Below are positions 1 through 8,501 of a stretch of DNA of 20,000 bases, one piece after another. The notes beneath the pieces are model-generated. The model did no database searches, was not told where the DNA came from, and saw only the letters and a list, made by a program, of their open reading frames with translations. The stretch is from an uncultured virus (IMG/VR IMGVR_UViG_3300005201_000719). Lineage: Duplodnaviria; Heunggongvirae; Uroviricota; Caudoviricetes. The position numbers were made by a program, and so were the translations under genes. The stretch is taken from IMG/VR virus record IMGVR_UViG_3300005201_000719; one strand, 5' to 3'. Position 1 is the stretch's first letter. Each line of letters opens with the position of its first letter.

Positions 1-144
1 ATCATGTTTACTACACAACACGTCCCCGCAATTACCTTCAAAGGCACATTCCGAACAATGGCAGCATAAACATTCCGAAGGCGGTGTTTTGCAGCAATTC
101 ACTTCCACAGGCACAATCGCCTTTCCTAAAGGTATGTCAATCAA
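1..144 (-). CDS. Small Cys-rich phage protein, partial (runs off window edge)
   Basis: Not in ORF track. TTG at 144 preceded by AAGGAGG; reads MIDIPLGKAIVPVEVNCCKTPPSECLCCHCSECAFEGNCGDVLCSKHD with no stop before position 1; overlaps end of 137..406. Confidence 0.6.
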   Translation of the reverse strand, partial: MIDIPLGKAIVPVEVNCCKTPPSECLCCHCSECAFEGNCGDVLCSKHD

Positions 145-406
145 TTTGTGCCTCCTTCTTCGATATATTTTCTAAAGGCTTGCCTCCGGCTTTTTTAACC
201 TCTTCCTCAGTAATACTAAATTCAAGCTGGTCCCCATATTCCATAAACCTATCCGCGTTTTCGTGTAGCTTTTTTAGCATCAGGTTATAGCCTTTGTAGG
301 TACGCAGTTTATTAAAGCGCAAAAAACAATCGTGGCTGTCAAACCACTGGATAACGTGCCTAAGTGCCGTTTTGTAGCCGACTGTAAAGCGCAGGTCAAA
401 GATCAC
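137..406 (-). CDS. Hypothetical phage protein (89 aa)
   Basis: GTGA start/stop overlap with upstream gene; same strand as the operon. Confidence 0.7.
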   Translation of the reverse strand: MIFDLRFTVGYKTALRHVIQWFDSHDCFLRFNKLRTYKGYNLMLKKLHENADRFMEYGDQLEFSITEEEVKKAGGKPLENISKKEAQID

Positions 407-594
407 TGTTTCGCCTCCACTTCAATCTTTTTGATTTCATGGGTCTTAAAATTCAACGTTAAAAGAGGATGCTTATCAGGAGGACGTATCACTTCTTTTT
501 TCAAGCCGATGTCAACATAATCATCGTCAATCTCTAAATACTTGACATTAAAAGCCTCTGATTCTCCGTTTGCAAAATGAATAATAGCTTTCAT
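403..594 (-). CDS. Hypothetical phage protein (MKAIIHF..., 63 aa)
   Basis: ATG at 594 with GGAGG RBS and ATGA overlap with the DUF3560 stop; shorter than ORF-track call 403..687. Confidence 0.7.
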   Translation of the reverse strand: MKAIIHFANGESEAFNVKYLEIDDDYVDIGLKKEVIRPPDKHPLLTLNFKTHEIKKIEVEAKQ

Positions 595-1397
595 TCTGAT
601 ACCTCCAGCTTTGAAATTAAATCTTTGGCTATGCGGACAGCGATTTCGGTTCTTTGACGTTGCCACGCTCCAACTGATGGGGCCCACCGGAAACCGTGCT
701 TTTTAAGCATTGTTCGTATTTCCTCTGACGGTTTCCCATCAAAAATAAATTGAACGCGGTTTATATCCACATCGACACGCATCTCTCCGCCAGAGAATGT
801 GATTATTTCCGCAGCCATGGTGTCAAGTTTCGACAGTGATTCCAGTTTTTCTTTTATACGGTGGATTTCAGCGTTGTTATTGCTTAGTTTCCAACTCTCA
901 AACGGTCCGGATTTTTGCACCCGCGAATAGGCTGTCTTCATTTGTTCGTCAACCTCTGCGGCCGTTTCATCCGACAACCCCGGATATCCTTTCATGGTTT
1001 TATGTTTTCGCCAGTATGCATTCGCAGATTTCATCCATTCCTGCGCTTGCTCAAGGTTTGCCAGTTTTTCCTTATACAGATTGGCCGCTTCTGGATTGTC
1101 TCCGCTGATAGAACTATTGTTCTCTGCGGTATCAGCTCTGCCGGCGTAATGGTCGGCCTTCTCACCCGCCGCGGCGGATTTACGGTGTGCTGTTTCAATC
1201 TTCTTTATAGCCGCCCGATGCCTTCCTTCTGAGTGATGGCCTACTAATATGGGTTGCCCAAAAGGGATGGCGCTCCCGATATTTTCAGCTTTCTTGTGCT
1301 GTGCTTCCGCTTCTTTCCGTGCTTTTTCAGCACATTCATTTAAGCGATCTATTTTTTGTTCTTTCCGATCTTCGTAATCGGTTCTTCCGATTGGCAT
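591..1397 (-). CDS. DUF3560 domain protein
   Basis: IPFGQPILVGHHSEGRHR motif and C-terminal F.GKP...R..LK..GFRWAPS.GAWQR, typical of DUF3560 proteins of plasmids and phages; ATG at 1397 with GGGAGG RBS. Confidence 0.85.
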   Translation of the reverse strand: MPIGRTDYEDRKEQKIDRLNECAEKARKEAEAQHKKAENIGSAIPFGQPILVGHHSEGRHRAAIKKIETAHRKSAAAGEKADHYAGRADTAENNSSISGDNPEAANLYKEKLANLEQAQEWMKSANAYWRKHKTMKGYPGLSDETAAEVDEQMKTAYSRVQKSGPFESWKLSNNNAEIHRIKEKLESLSKLDTMAAEIITFSGGEMRVDVDINRVQFIFDGKPSEEIRTMLKKHGFRWAPSVGAWQRQRTEIAVRIAKDLISKLEVSE

Positions 1398-1549
1398 TCT
1401 TTCCTCCCATCTTGTGTACCCGCAGTTTTCGGGCAATTTGCCATAGCGACATTGGCGGGGCAACCGGCCCAGTAACACCAGGCCGGATCACCGTCGTCAG
1501 CAAGGTAGTCTCTGCATTTAATCCGTTTGCAAACTACCACCTCGCTCAT
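1349..1549 (-). CDS. Small Cys-rich hypothetical protein (66 aa)
   Basis: ATG 3 nt after ParB stop with AAGAGG upstream; six Cys; 3' end overlaps the DUF3560 start. Confidence 0.5.
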   Translation of the reverse strand: MSEVVVCKRIKCRDYLADDGDPAWCYWAGCPANVAMANCPKTAGTQDGRKECQSEEPITKIGKNKK

Positions 1550-1552
1550 GTT

Positions 1553-3214
1553 TTAATCATTCCTCTTTTTACCGGAACCGGTCTTTTTAACAGGTTTTTT
1601 CGCCGCAGGTTTTCTCTTGCCCTGGGCTGGTTTGGCTTCTGTTTCTGTCTTTACAGGAGCAGGCGGAGCTTTCGGCTTCGGTATCATCGCCTGAATATCA
1701 GGGCGGTATAATTCCATGACCCTTTCTTTACTTACACCCAGCCATTTGAGGAAACCCATGTGCCTGCCATTTTCCAAATCGTCCGGATCTGGCAAATCAT
1801 TTTCACAAAATGAAACGGCAGATAATAACAAAAACAGTTTTTCTTTGGAGAGTTTGGTTAGGTCTGGAATTTGTTTCTCGGAATAATCGCTCCCCATGAA
1901 CAGCTTGAAGATTTTTTTTGTCTGATCTCCAATACGGTCAAAAATCTTTTCTTTCAAATACCATTCGATGTCCGATTCCGCAGGCTTCACTTTCAAACGT
2001 TCTTCAAGAAGCGGCAAAAAGTGTTTTTTCTGGAGTTTGTCATCCATTTGCCATGGATACAATTTGTTAGAATTCGCTTCCAACGATTTAATGGCGGTTA
2101 CGGTTTCTTCCTTTGACAGCCCCAGCAATTTTACGGCAGGTGCAAAACGGCTTTCTGAAACCGGACGCTGGTGTTCCGCCGCGCTAATTCGTTTTTCTTC
2201 TTTCCAGTATACGGCTTTGATTTCCAGATTACCGTTACTCGAAAGGGACATTTTGAAACACGGCTTTGCGTTTTTACATGGCTTGTCATCGGGGTTGTTA
2301 TAACCAGCACGAATTAACGTGTACTTTGCATTGTCAATTTTGACTTCCTTTCCCAAAATCCTGCGGAGCGATTGATCGCCGTATGCAATAAGAAATGTTT
2401 CCTCATGGGTTTTATGCCGCGTTTTCAGATTCTTGAGCTTTGTAGATAGCAGTGCTTTCCATTTCTGTAAATAGCACTCATGATTCAAGCACGAATCGTC
2501 CGTGTGGGTAAGTTCCGGGAACAGGCTTTTGTCCTCAAAGAACGTTCTTGTTTTGCAGGTTTCGCACTGCCCATCGGCGATGCACTTGTAGAGGTTATCA
2601 TGCTGCCGTTGCGACACAAAGGAAATGGCTTCATAATCGCCAATTTCTCTTTTGTGGTCTTTATACTTTTCGCAGAACGCCTTTTGCCCTTCCGTGTCCA
2701 GCGTTTTAAGCATAGCCGCAGCATGAAGGGAAATAATGCCGTTCCGGAACAGGGCTTTGACCTCATCAATAAGATCCAGAAGCTGTAACCGCTGGTAAAT
2801 CTCATTTACTTTACGGTCAAACCTTTTAGAAAGAACCTGAATGGTCTCCCCGTTCACTAAAAGCTTTTGAAAAATAGTCGCTTCATCAAGCGGGTGCATG
2901 GCAAGCCGATTGATGTTTTCCGACCCGGCGATCTCGTCGGCGTGTTCGATCTCATCCCCTTCAAGTATGCGACAGGGTATGTCTTCCCAGCCGAGCTGGG
3001 TTACAGCCCTTACGCGCCGGCGCCCGGCAACGACTTCAAAAAGCTCTGCGCTTTCACCTTCATCAACTTCCTCGATTGTCGGTTTCACGACAATGGGGTT
3101 AATGACGCCGATTAACTTAATGTCCCTAGCGAGGGTTTCAATTTCCCCTTCACCGCCGTAGGTGCGGTTACCAGAAAACCGCAAAGCGGCCAATGCAATT
3201 TTTTCTTCTCTCAT
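1553..3214 (-). CDS. Large ParB/RepB/Spo0J-family protein (ParB CTPase domain, HTH, Cys cluster, Lys-rich tail)
   Basis: LARDIKLIGVINPIVV, VVAGRRRVRA (GxRR motif), SENINRLAMHPLDEA; later CETC...CLNHEC; ATGA overlap with the SSB2 stop. Confidence 0.9.
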   Translation of the reverse strand: MREEKIALAALRFSGNRTYGGEGEIETLARDIKLIGVINPIVVKPTIEEVDEGESAELFEVVAGRRRVRAVTQLGWEDIPCRILEGDEIEHADEIAGSENINRLAMHPLDEATIFQKLLVNGETIQVLSKRFDRKVNEIYQRLQLLDLIDEVKALFRNGIISLHAAAMLKTLDTEGQKAFCEKYKDHKREIGDYEAISFVSQRQHDNLYKCIADGQCETCKTRTFFEDKSLFPELTHTDDSCLNHECYLQKWKALLSTKLKNLKTRHKTHEETFLIAYGDQSLRRILGKEVKIDNAKYTLIRAGYNNPDDKPCKNAKPCFKMSLSSNGNLEIKAVYWKEEKRISAAEHQRPVSESRFAPAVKLLGLSKEETVTAIKSLEANSNKLYPWQMDDKLQKKHFLPLLEERLKVKPAESDIEWYLKEKIFDRIGDQTKKIFKLFMGSDYSEKQIPDLTKLSKEKLFLLLSAVSFCENDLPDPDDLENGRHMGFLKWLGVSKERVMELYRPDIQAMIPKPKAPPAPVKTETEAKPAQGKRKPAAKKPVKKTGSGKKRND

Positions 3215-3561
3215 AAATCGATCTCCTTACTCTTTGATACAGGGCGGAATTCAACATGTTCCGCCACAACGATTACTTTGGAATGGGACTTGCCCTCCGA
3301 ATCATGCCACCGTTCCTGTTTGAGCCGTCCAACTACTCGGACAGGACGGCCCTTGTGTCCAAGGTTGTAGCAGTTCTCCGCCAGCTTTGCCCAGGTTTCC
3401 ACGTCAAAGAAACTTACTTCCCTTTCCAACCCAGAATCAAGTTTGAAGAACCGATTGGAAGCAATGGTAAAATTGCAAATGGGAGTTCCTTTGGGGGTAA
3501 CCCGGTACAGTGGGTCCCGTACCAGATTACCTTCGATTAAAATCGAGTTGAGGTTATTCAT
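3211..3561 (-). CDS. ssb: Single-stranded DNA-binding protein 2 (short OB-fold, no acidic tail)
   Basis: MNNLNSILIEGNLVRDP...SFFDVETW..LAE....GHKGRPVRVVGRLKQERW; ATG at 3561 with GAGG RBS. Confidence 0.92.
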   Translation of the reverse strand: MNNLNSILIEGNLVRDPLYRVTPKGTPICNFTIASNRFFKLDSGLEREVSFFDVETWAKLAENCYNLGHKGRPVRVVGRLKQERWHDSEGKSHSKVIVVAEHVEFRPVSKSKEIDL

Positions 3562-3571
3562 CTGCCTAACC

Positions 3572-3994
3572 TCAAAATGGAATGTCTTCATAAGGCGGAT
3601 ATCCATCACCTGCTGATGATTGGGGTTCCTGTGTTTGCCCTGATCCGCCGTCAGAACCTGCCGATGATCCGCCTAAGAGCTGAACAGATGAAGCGGTAAC
3701 CGTAACCTTGCTTCTTTTTTGTCCGTCCTTTTCCCAGCGTTCCTGGGTCAATTCTCCAACCACGGCGATCTGTTTTCCTTTTGACAGGTACTGCTTAAGG
3801 TGTTCTGCGAGTTGTCCCCAGAGGACAATTTCAAAAAATCCCGGCTCATCTTTCCACTGATCTTCGATTTTCCGTTTCTTATTTACGGCGATAGAAAACT
3901 TCCCAACCGCTTTCCCGGCAGTGGTAAATCTAAGATCCATGTCGTGGGTTAAACGCCCGATTAAAAAAACTTGATTCACATCTGAAACCGACAT
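3572..3994 (-). CDS. ssb: Single-stranded DNA-binding protein 1
   Basis: NQVFLIGRLT.D..LRFT..G..V..FSIAVN...YLSKGKQIAVVGEL; Gly/Ser linker; C-terminal EDIPF tip. Confidence 0.95.
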   Translation of the reverse strand: MSVSDVNQVFLIGRLTHDMDLRFTTAGKAVGKFSIAVNKKRKIEDQWKDEPGFFEIVLWGQLAEHLKQYLSKGKQIAVVGELTQERWEKDGQKRSKVTVTASSVQLLGGSSAGSDGGSGQTQEPQSSAGDGYPPYEDIPF

Positions 3995-4006
3995 ATCTAT
4001 TACCCC

Positions 4007-5131
4007 CTAAAAAATGTCCAGTTGTTCACCGGAGTCACCCGTTTCTGCTTCGGCAGCTTCGGCCATTGCGTGTTCCTGCACAGCCGGCTGTTCTTCTTCC
4101 TTTGTGGGAGGAACGTTCTTTTTCCCCTTTCCGGATTTCGCACCATCGCCATTCGGATTAACTGTAGATGTAGTAACGGTATCGGCCTGCTTTGATTTCG
4201 GAGCGTCCAGCCGTTTGTAGAGTTCCGCTTTTTGTTTTTCCAGCAAGTCAGTTACAAAGGCGAGTTTGAGATCGGTCCTCTCTTTGGGTAACGTGGTAAG
4301 TTCTTTCGCTATCAAGTCCCTGACTTGATCCTTTTCGGCGATAGTAAATACCCTTTCGCCAAAATCTTCGCTATCGAGGATATTCCCGATTTCGGTCATT
4401 GTGTTTTTAAGCTGTTGTTCCGGAGAAGGCGGCGGCGGAGCGGCGCCTTCATTAAGCCAGGCAATCAGTTCCTTGCCAAATCTTTTACCGGGCCTGTCGA
4501 TAAACTTGTCCTGAAATTTGCTGGTGCGATCTTTGGTGACATGGCCGACATGGTTTGCATCCATGGTCATGGCCATGGTGAATTCGTACTCAAACCCTGC
4601 CCGCTGGACTGCGGCAGTACCGACTTTGTTAATAGTGGTTTTGCCCTTATCGTCCTTGTCGACAGAGTATTCCGTTTTAGACCGGCAGGTGACTATCACA
4701 TGGCCAGGGTAACTGAGCATAGCTTCAATCAGCTTCTTTTGTAGCGGCGTCCCCTGTGCCCATGCCCTGAATGACGTATTGCCGCCCGTCATCGTATTGG
4801 CAATGCGATCCACACGTTCTACAAGGGCGTCCCAGGCATGGGACGTGCTGTCAATGATGACAATTTCATACCCGCCTTTTGCGGCCGCTTCCAGCGCCTC
4901 GATGTAGTTCTCAATCTGAAACTCCTGCAAATCCAAAGTGTCAAACGCGAACCTATCGGCGTACAGCGATGCCGAACCATGTTCTGAATCAATGAGGGCA
5001 ATTTTTCCTTTTATTGCCTCAGCCATGCCGTCAGCGGTTGCCAGGGCGGTATATGTTTTTCCGCTCCCTGATATACCGTCAATCGCAAGCCTAAGCCGCG
5101 ATTTTGTTTTGACTGCCTTCTTAAATTCCAT
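4007..5131 (-). CDS. AAA_24 / Sak4-like phage recombination ATPase
   Basis: Walker A GISGSGKTYTAL, IALIDSEHGSASLY, Walker B IVIIDSTSHAW, QRAGFEYEFT; ATG at 5131 with TAAGGAG RBS; lies between nuclease and SSB. Confidence 0.88.
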   Translation of the reverse strand: MEFKKAVKTKSRLRLAIDGISGSGKTYTALATADGMAEAIKGKIALIDSEHGSASLYADRFAFDTLDLQEFQIENYIEALEAAAKGGYEIVIIDSTSHAWDALVERVDRIANTMTGGNTSFRAWAQGTPLQKKLIEAMLSYPGHVIVTCRSKTEYSVDKDDKGKTTINKVGTAAVQRAGFEYEFTMAMTMDANHVGHVTKDRTSKFQDKFIDRPGKRFGKELIAWLNEGAAPPPPSPEQQLKNTMTEIGNILDSEDFGERVFTIAEKDQVRDLIAKELTTLPKERTDLKLAFVTDLLEKQKAELYKRLDAPKSKQADTVTTSTVNPNGDGAKSGKGKKNVPPTKEEEQPAVQEHAMAEAAEAETGDSGEQLDIF

Positions 5132-5175
5132 AGAAAACTCCTTATGTTCCCCGGCTTTCACCGGGGAGATTGTGG

Positions 5176-6054
5176 TTAGGCCGCTTCCGCCTCATTAGCA
5201 GTAGCGACATTGTTGTGGTAAAAATCGCAGTACTCACAACAAGAACAGTATTCGGTGCAGCGTACCGATTCCCCGGGACGTACTTCAACAGAATGCCCAG
5301 CGCCCAAATCGGCAGCCAATTTTTCCGCTTCATCGGAATTGTCCAGAACACGCACGGCGTTTTTGCGGCCTTCCTTCCGGACAGCGTATTTTGTGGGCTT
5401 TTCCCAGCGTTCCTTTGCGGAACAGGGCGGGATTTCGTTGTCCTCCGCTTCCAGATACTGCTTGTATTCGGCGACTTTGGCTTTTATGAAGGTTTCGATT
5501 TCCGCAAGAGCTTCTTCGGTAACCTCAAACTCATAGACATACATGGGCAGTTGCGGATATGATGAATCACGCTTGGCGTCCCGCTTGGAATGGTCTTTGA
5601 TCAAGGCGACAAACCGGCAAGTTTTAACCTCAATTCTGTTCTTTCGCAGGAGCCAAGCGTAAATCAGCCCCTGCTTTCTCCAGTCCTCAAAGTCCTGAAA
5701 CTTAATTTTCCAGACAGACACGCTTTTGTAGTCCGACAGGACGCCGGTCTTCATGTTGTAGTTGTCAATCCGACCAGTAACGATGATGCCGTCCACATCA
5801 TAGGAAATAAATTCCTCTGCGAATTCATCAGCGCCTTCATCTTCCAGTACCGAATGAATAGCAGTCCCGATAACCGCCCAGAAGCGTTCCGAAACATCTT
5901 CCTCAAGGCGGTCCCAGTGGCGATCCCGGAGTAGTATCTGCTTTGTACCAGTTAACAACGTGGTCGCAGATAACCGCCCAGGATCATTGTGCTTCCGGAC
6001 AGTACACGCTTTGACCAGTGCTTCCGGAAGGTTCATTTTGTTAGTTATTTTCAT
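5176..6054 (-). CDS. PD-(D/E)XK (Cas4/RecB-like) phage exonuclease
   Basis: GTAIH, TGRID...LSDYK, QGLIYAWL, C-terminal RCTEYCSCCEYCDFY Cys cluster; AAAGGAG RBS. Confidence 0.85.
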   Translation of the reverse strand: MKITNKMNLPEALVKACTVRKHNDPGRLSATTLLTGTKQILLRDRHWDRLEEDVSERFWAVIGTAIHSVLEDEGADEFAEEFISYDVDGIIVTGRIDNYNMKTGVLSDYKSVSVWKIKFQDFEDWRKQGLIYAWLLRKNRIEVKTCRFVALIKDHSKRDAKRDSSYPQLPMYVYEFEVTEEALAEIETFIKAKVAEYKQYLEAEDNEIPPCSAKERWEKPTKYAVRKEGRKNAVRVLDNSDEAEKLAADLGAGHSVEVRPGESVRCTEYCSCCEYCDFYHNNVATANEAEAA

Positions 6055-6105
6055 TCACTAACTCCTTTCTCCAAATATATTTTGAGTCGCGACGCGACTT
6101 TTTCC

Positions 6106-6870
6106 CTAAAACAATTCCCCCTGGATATATTCCAGAGCCGGGGGTAGTGTTATTTCTTTTTCCTCATGCGTTTCCACTTCCTGCAATTCTGGATTGGCAA
6201 TAATGTCGCGCATTTGTTCAGCTCTTAACCGAAAGTCCATACCAGCCATGTGATAGCCAATGGTTTCCCTATGCCAGTACGTCTCATCAGGGAACAATGC
6301 ATTACCGCAGATAATCACCGCTGGGACAGCTAATAAACTTAATTGAATAAATGTCATTCGTGCACATCTTGGATCAATGTCTATACCGTGGAAGAAAACG
6401 TCCTGCTGGTAGTTAATCCCACGTTTCTTCATTACCGACGCGCCGGCAATAAGCATACCGCCCGCACCACAGCAAGGATCGCATATTTTAATAACACGGT
6501 CTTTTGAGCAATCGGTATCCCCGATTGCTACTTCCGCCATGAGTTGTGAAATATGAAAAGGCGTGAAAAACTGTCCGCTTCTTGAATTGGTCAGCTCTCC
6601 TATAGTAAAAACTTCTCCTAAGAAATCCTGTTCCTTTTCTTCAAGGGCTTCGATGGTCATATACAATAGTTCAGAGAGTTGCTTTAATTCTTCAGCGGTA
6701 TACTGTTTTGAGATTTGTAGATATTCTTCTTCGACAGCTTTATCATTTTTCCATGGTGCGTATAGTGTTGCCGAGGCAAGTACCAGCCAATCATTGAAAA
6801 TTTCATATCTATGCTTAGAGGGTTTTATTTTATCAAGTAACTTAACAAAGTTTTGCGCTTGTTGTGTCAT
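6106..6870 (-). CDS. Short N6-adenine DNA methylase-like protein (SAM-binding motifs; no NPPY/F seen)
   Basis: DFLGEVF, GQFFTP, DPCCGAGGML (motif I), GIDID, GNAL; protein ends soon after. Confidence 0.85.
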   Translation of the reverse strand: MTQQAQNFVKLLDKIKPSKHRYEIFNDWLVLASATLYAPWKNDKAVEEEYLQISKQYTAEELKQLSELLYMTIEALEEKEQDFLGEVFTIGELTNSRSGQFFTPFHISQLMAEVAIGDTDCSKDRVIKICDPCCGAGGMLIAGASVMKKRGINYQQDVFFHGIDIDPRCARMTFIQLSLLAVPAVIICGNALFPDETYWHRETIGYHMAGMDFRLRAEQMRDIIANPELQEVETHEEKEITLPPALEYIQGELF

Positions 6871-6882
6871 ATACTCTCCGAT

Positions 6883-6912
6883 AAACCGCCCGGGTTGCCC
6901 CGGGCACGGTTT
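6883..6912 (-). other. GC-rich intergenic hairpin with GCAA tetraloop
   Basis: Minus strand AAACCGT-GCCCGGG-GCAA-CCCGGGC-GGTTT, directly 5' of the MTase-like gene RBS. Confidence 0.6.
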
Positions 6913-6917
6913 GTCAA

Positions 6918-7196
6918 TTAGACTGCCTTCCTTTCATACTGAGCGAAAGACAATTCTTCTTTCTTGATTTTGCTGAGTTCGCAAAACACGACTTTGAACG
7001 TGTTAATTTCTGCGGCGGTTATCTTACTGTTGGACGGATACAAGGCTTCGACCTTCCCCACAAAACTCGACACCACAAACGATTCATTCGGAAACACCGC
7101 TTTGAGCGCCCCTTTTACCTGTCGGGCAACCCGATCCCCGTTGAACGTTCGTTCTTTCTTCGCTTTCTTTTCTTTCTTCTCTGTTTTCTGGTCCAT
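6918..7196 (-). CDS. Hypothetical basic phage protein (92 aa)
   Basis: ATG with AAAGGAG RBS; first gene downstream of the hammerhead cleavage site. Confidence 0.75.
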   Translation of the reverse strand: MDQKTEKKEKKAKKERTFNGDRVARQVKGALKAVFPNESFVVSSFVGKVEALYPSNSKITAAEINTFKVVFCELSKIKKEELSFAQYERKAV

Positions 7197-7249
7197 GATG
7201 AAACTCCTTTAGCCTTCATGGTTTGTTTGTTCAAGCGCAACGCGCCTAG

Positions 7250-7314
7250 GCTATCGCCGACTGTTTTCAGTTTCGACCGGGAGCCACCCGGCCAGTCATC
7301 AGGACGAATAATCC
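7250..7314 (-). ncRNA. Type I hammerhead ribozyme
   Basis: Minus strand: TCGTC-CTGATGA-CT-GGCCGGG(TGGCT)CCCGGTC-GAA-ACTG(AAAA)CAGT-C-GGCGA. Full catalytic core, three stems, GUC triplet; 2-nt insertion before stem II. Confidence 0.85.
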
Positions 7315-7659
7315 GTTTTCTTTATTCTTCTTAATAATTTCCTCCACCATGGCTTTTAACTCCTGCGTATCTTTATCAGATAGCGGGCCAAAATCACCCC
7401 CAACGTCAGCACATAGGAAAATATCACCCATGATTGGGCTTCCGTGTTTGTCAGTTCCGTATAGGTAGCTGCCGACCTCGTTCAATTCGCTGTCGTTCAA
7501 TAGTCCTTCGTCATCTACAACCATGAAGAACTTACGGCTTAACCTTGTAGGCCTTACCGCCTCCGCATAACCGCTTTTGAATTGCTTTTGCATTTGCTCA
7601 AACGTAAAATCACCGGTTGTTACTTCGTTTTTTGTTGTGATCAGTATTGCTTTCATCAT
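7267..7659 (-). CDS. DUF3846-like phage protein
   Basis: MVVDDEGLL...LNEVGSYLYG...HGSPIMGD motif; TAATG overlap with upstream gene. Confidence 0.75.
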   Translation of the reverse strand: MMKAILITTKNEVTTGDFTFEQMQKQFKSGYAEAVRPTRLSRKFFMVVDDEGLLNDSELNEVGSYLYGTDKHGSPIMGDIFLCADVGGDFGPLSDKDTQELKAMVEEIIKKNKENGLFVLMTGRVAPGRN

Positions 7660-8501
7660 TAACCCCCAATCCCCATTTTTTTGATTATCTCGTTAGGTGA
7701 TAATCTGTATGCGGTTTTGAACTCAACGTAAAACTGGTTTTGTTTTAGTATTCCCAATTTTCGTAGTTTACTATCTCGTTCTTCCATGCTGCTCCCGTAT
7801 CTGTGTTCTAATGTTTGGCCATATCCGTGTGGAAAATCTGAATCTGTTAATTCAGGGGTTGTTTCCAACCAGCGAAAACCGTGACGTCGAAAGAACGAAG
7901 GGTGTATCAGTGCATAGGATATTTTCAGTGGGTTACTAGGCTGTCTCCAGTGTTTTACCTGTACGCTTTTAATTGCCCACTCTGATGATTTTGTAAATGT
8001 ATCCATTATATTAAGGCCGACACGGTAGCCTTGAGTTTCCAGTGTTGTAATTACATCTAGCATTTTCTTTCCGGCGACTACAACCATGTTTGCGTCTGTT
8101 GCTGCCATCACGCTCATGCAATATACAATCGTGATGACTTTTGCCTTCTGTTCGCTTTGCTGGGTTGTTATCATACTCGTTGGGTAACCGGCTATGGCAT
8201 TAGGCACATGAGGTGCATACCCTACGACATTCACTGAGGGCATATTTTTAGGTTTGTTTTCCATGTGCGTTATGCGAATACCTGTTGACGTCATTTGATC
8301 AAGCCCTTCTTTGTAACCGTTCAAAGCCAACATGGTCGCTTCTTCATAGCTATTAGTCATGGAAAAATCGTAATCATTATCATGGCTTGACAGTCTCTGA
8401 TCTTCAAATACGTTGTTAGGTTTTCGCTTGTCTATGATGCCGACATATTCCGCAAGGCTGTTAAATTCTTCGTATATGATGTTTATTCCGTCATGTATCA
8501 T
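7659..8501 (-). CDS. vWA-like (CobT-like) partner of the AAA+ ATPase
   Basis: Coupled (ATGA) to a MoxR/CobS-type ATPase; VVGYAPHVPNAIAGYP, hydrophobic strand ITIVY, LE..GYRV, HPSFFRR, GYG; MIDAS motif is degenerate. Confidence 0.6.
   Translation of the reverse strand: MIHDGINIIYEEFNSLAEYVGIIDKRKPNNVFEDQRLSSHDNDYDFSMTNSYEEATMLALNGYKEGLDQMTSTGIRITHMENKPKNMPSVNVVGYAPHVPNAIAGYPTSMITTQQSEQKAKVITIVYCMSVMAATDANMVVVAGKKMLDVITTLETQGYRVGLNIMDTFTKSSEWAIKSVQVKHWRQPSNPLKISYALIHPSFFRRHGFRWLETTPELTDSDFPHGYGQTLEHRYGSSMEERDSKLRKLGILKQNQFYVEFKTAYRLSPNEIIKKMGIGG

Noticed and set aside
5176..6054. Cas4 / CRISPR association
   Set aside because: No repeat-spacer array or other cas genes; context is a phage recombination module.
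6245..6295. CTGATGAG...GAAAC on minus strand inside the MTase-like gene as a second hammerhead
   Set aside because: No stem II closing pair before GAAA and no valid stem III/NUH; it is ordinary coding sequence (FPDETYW).
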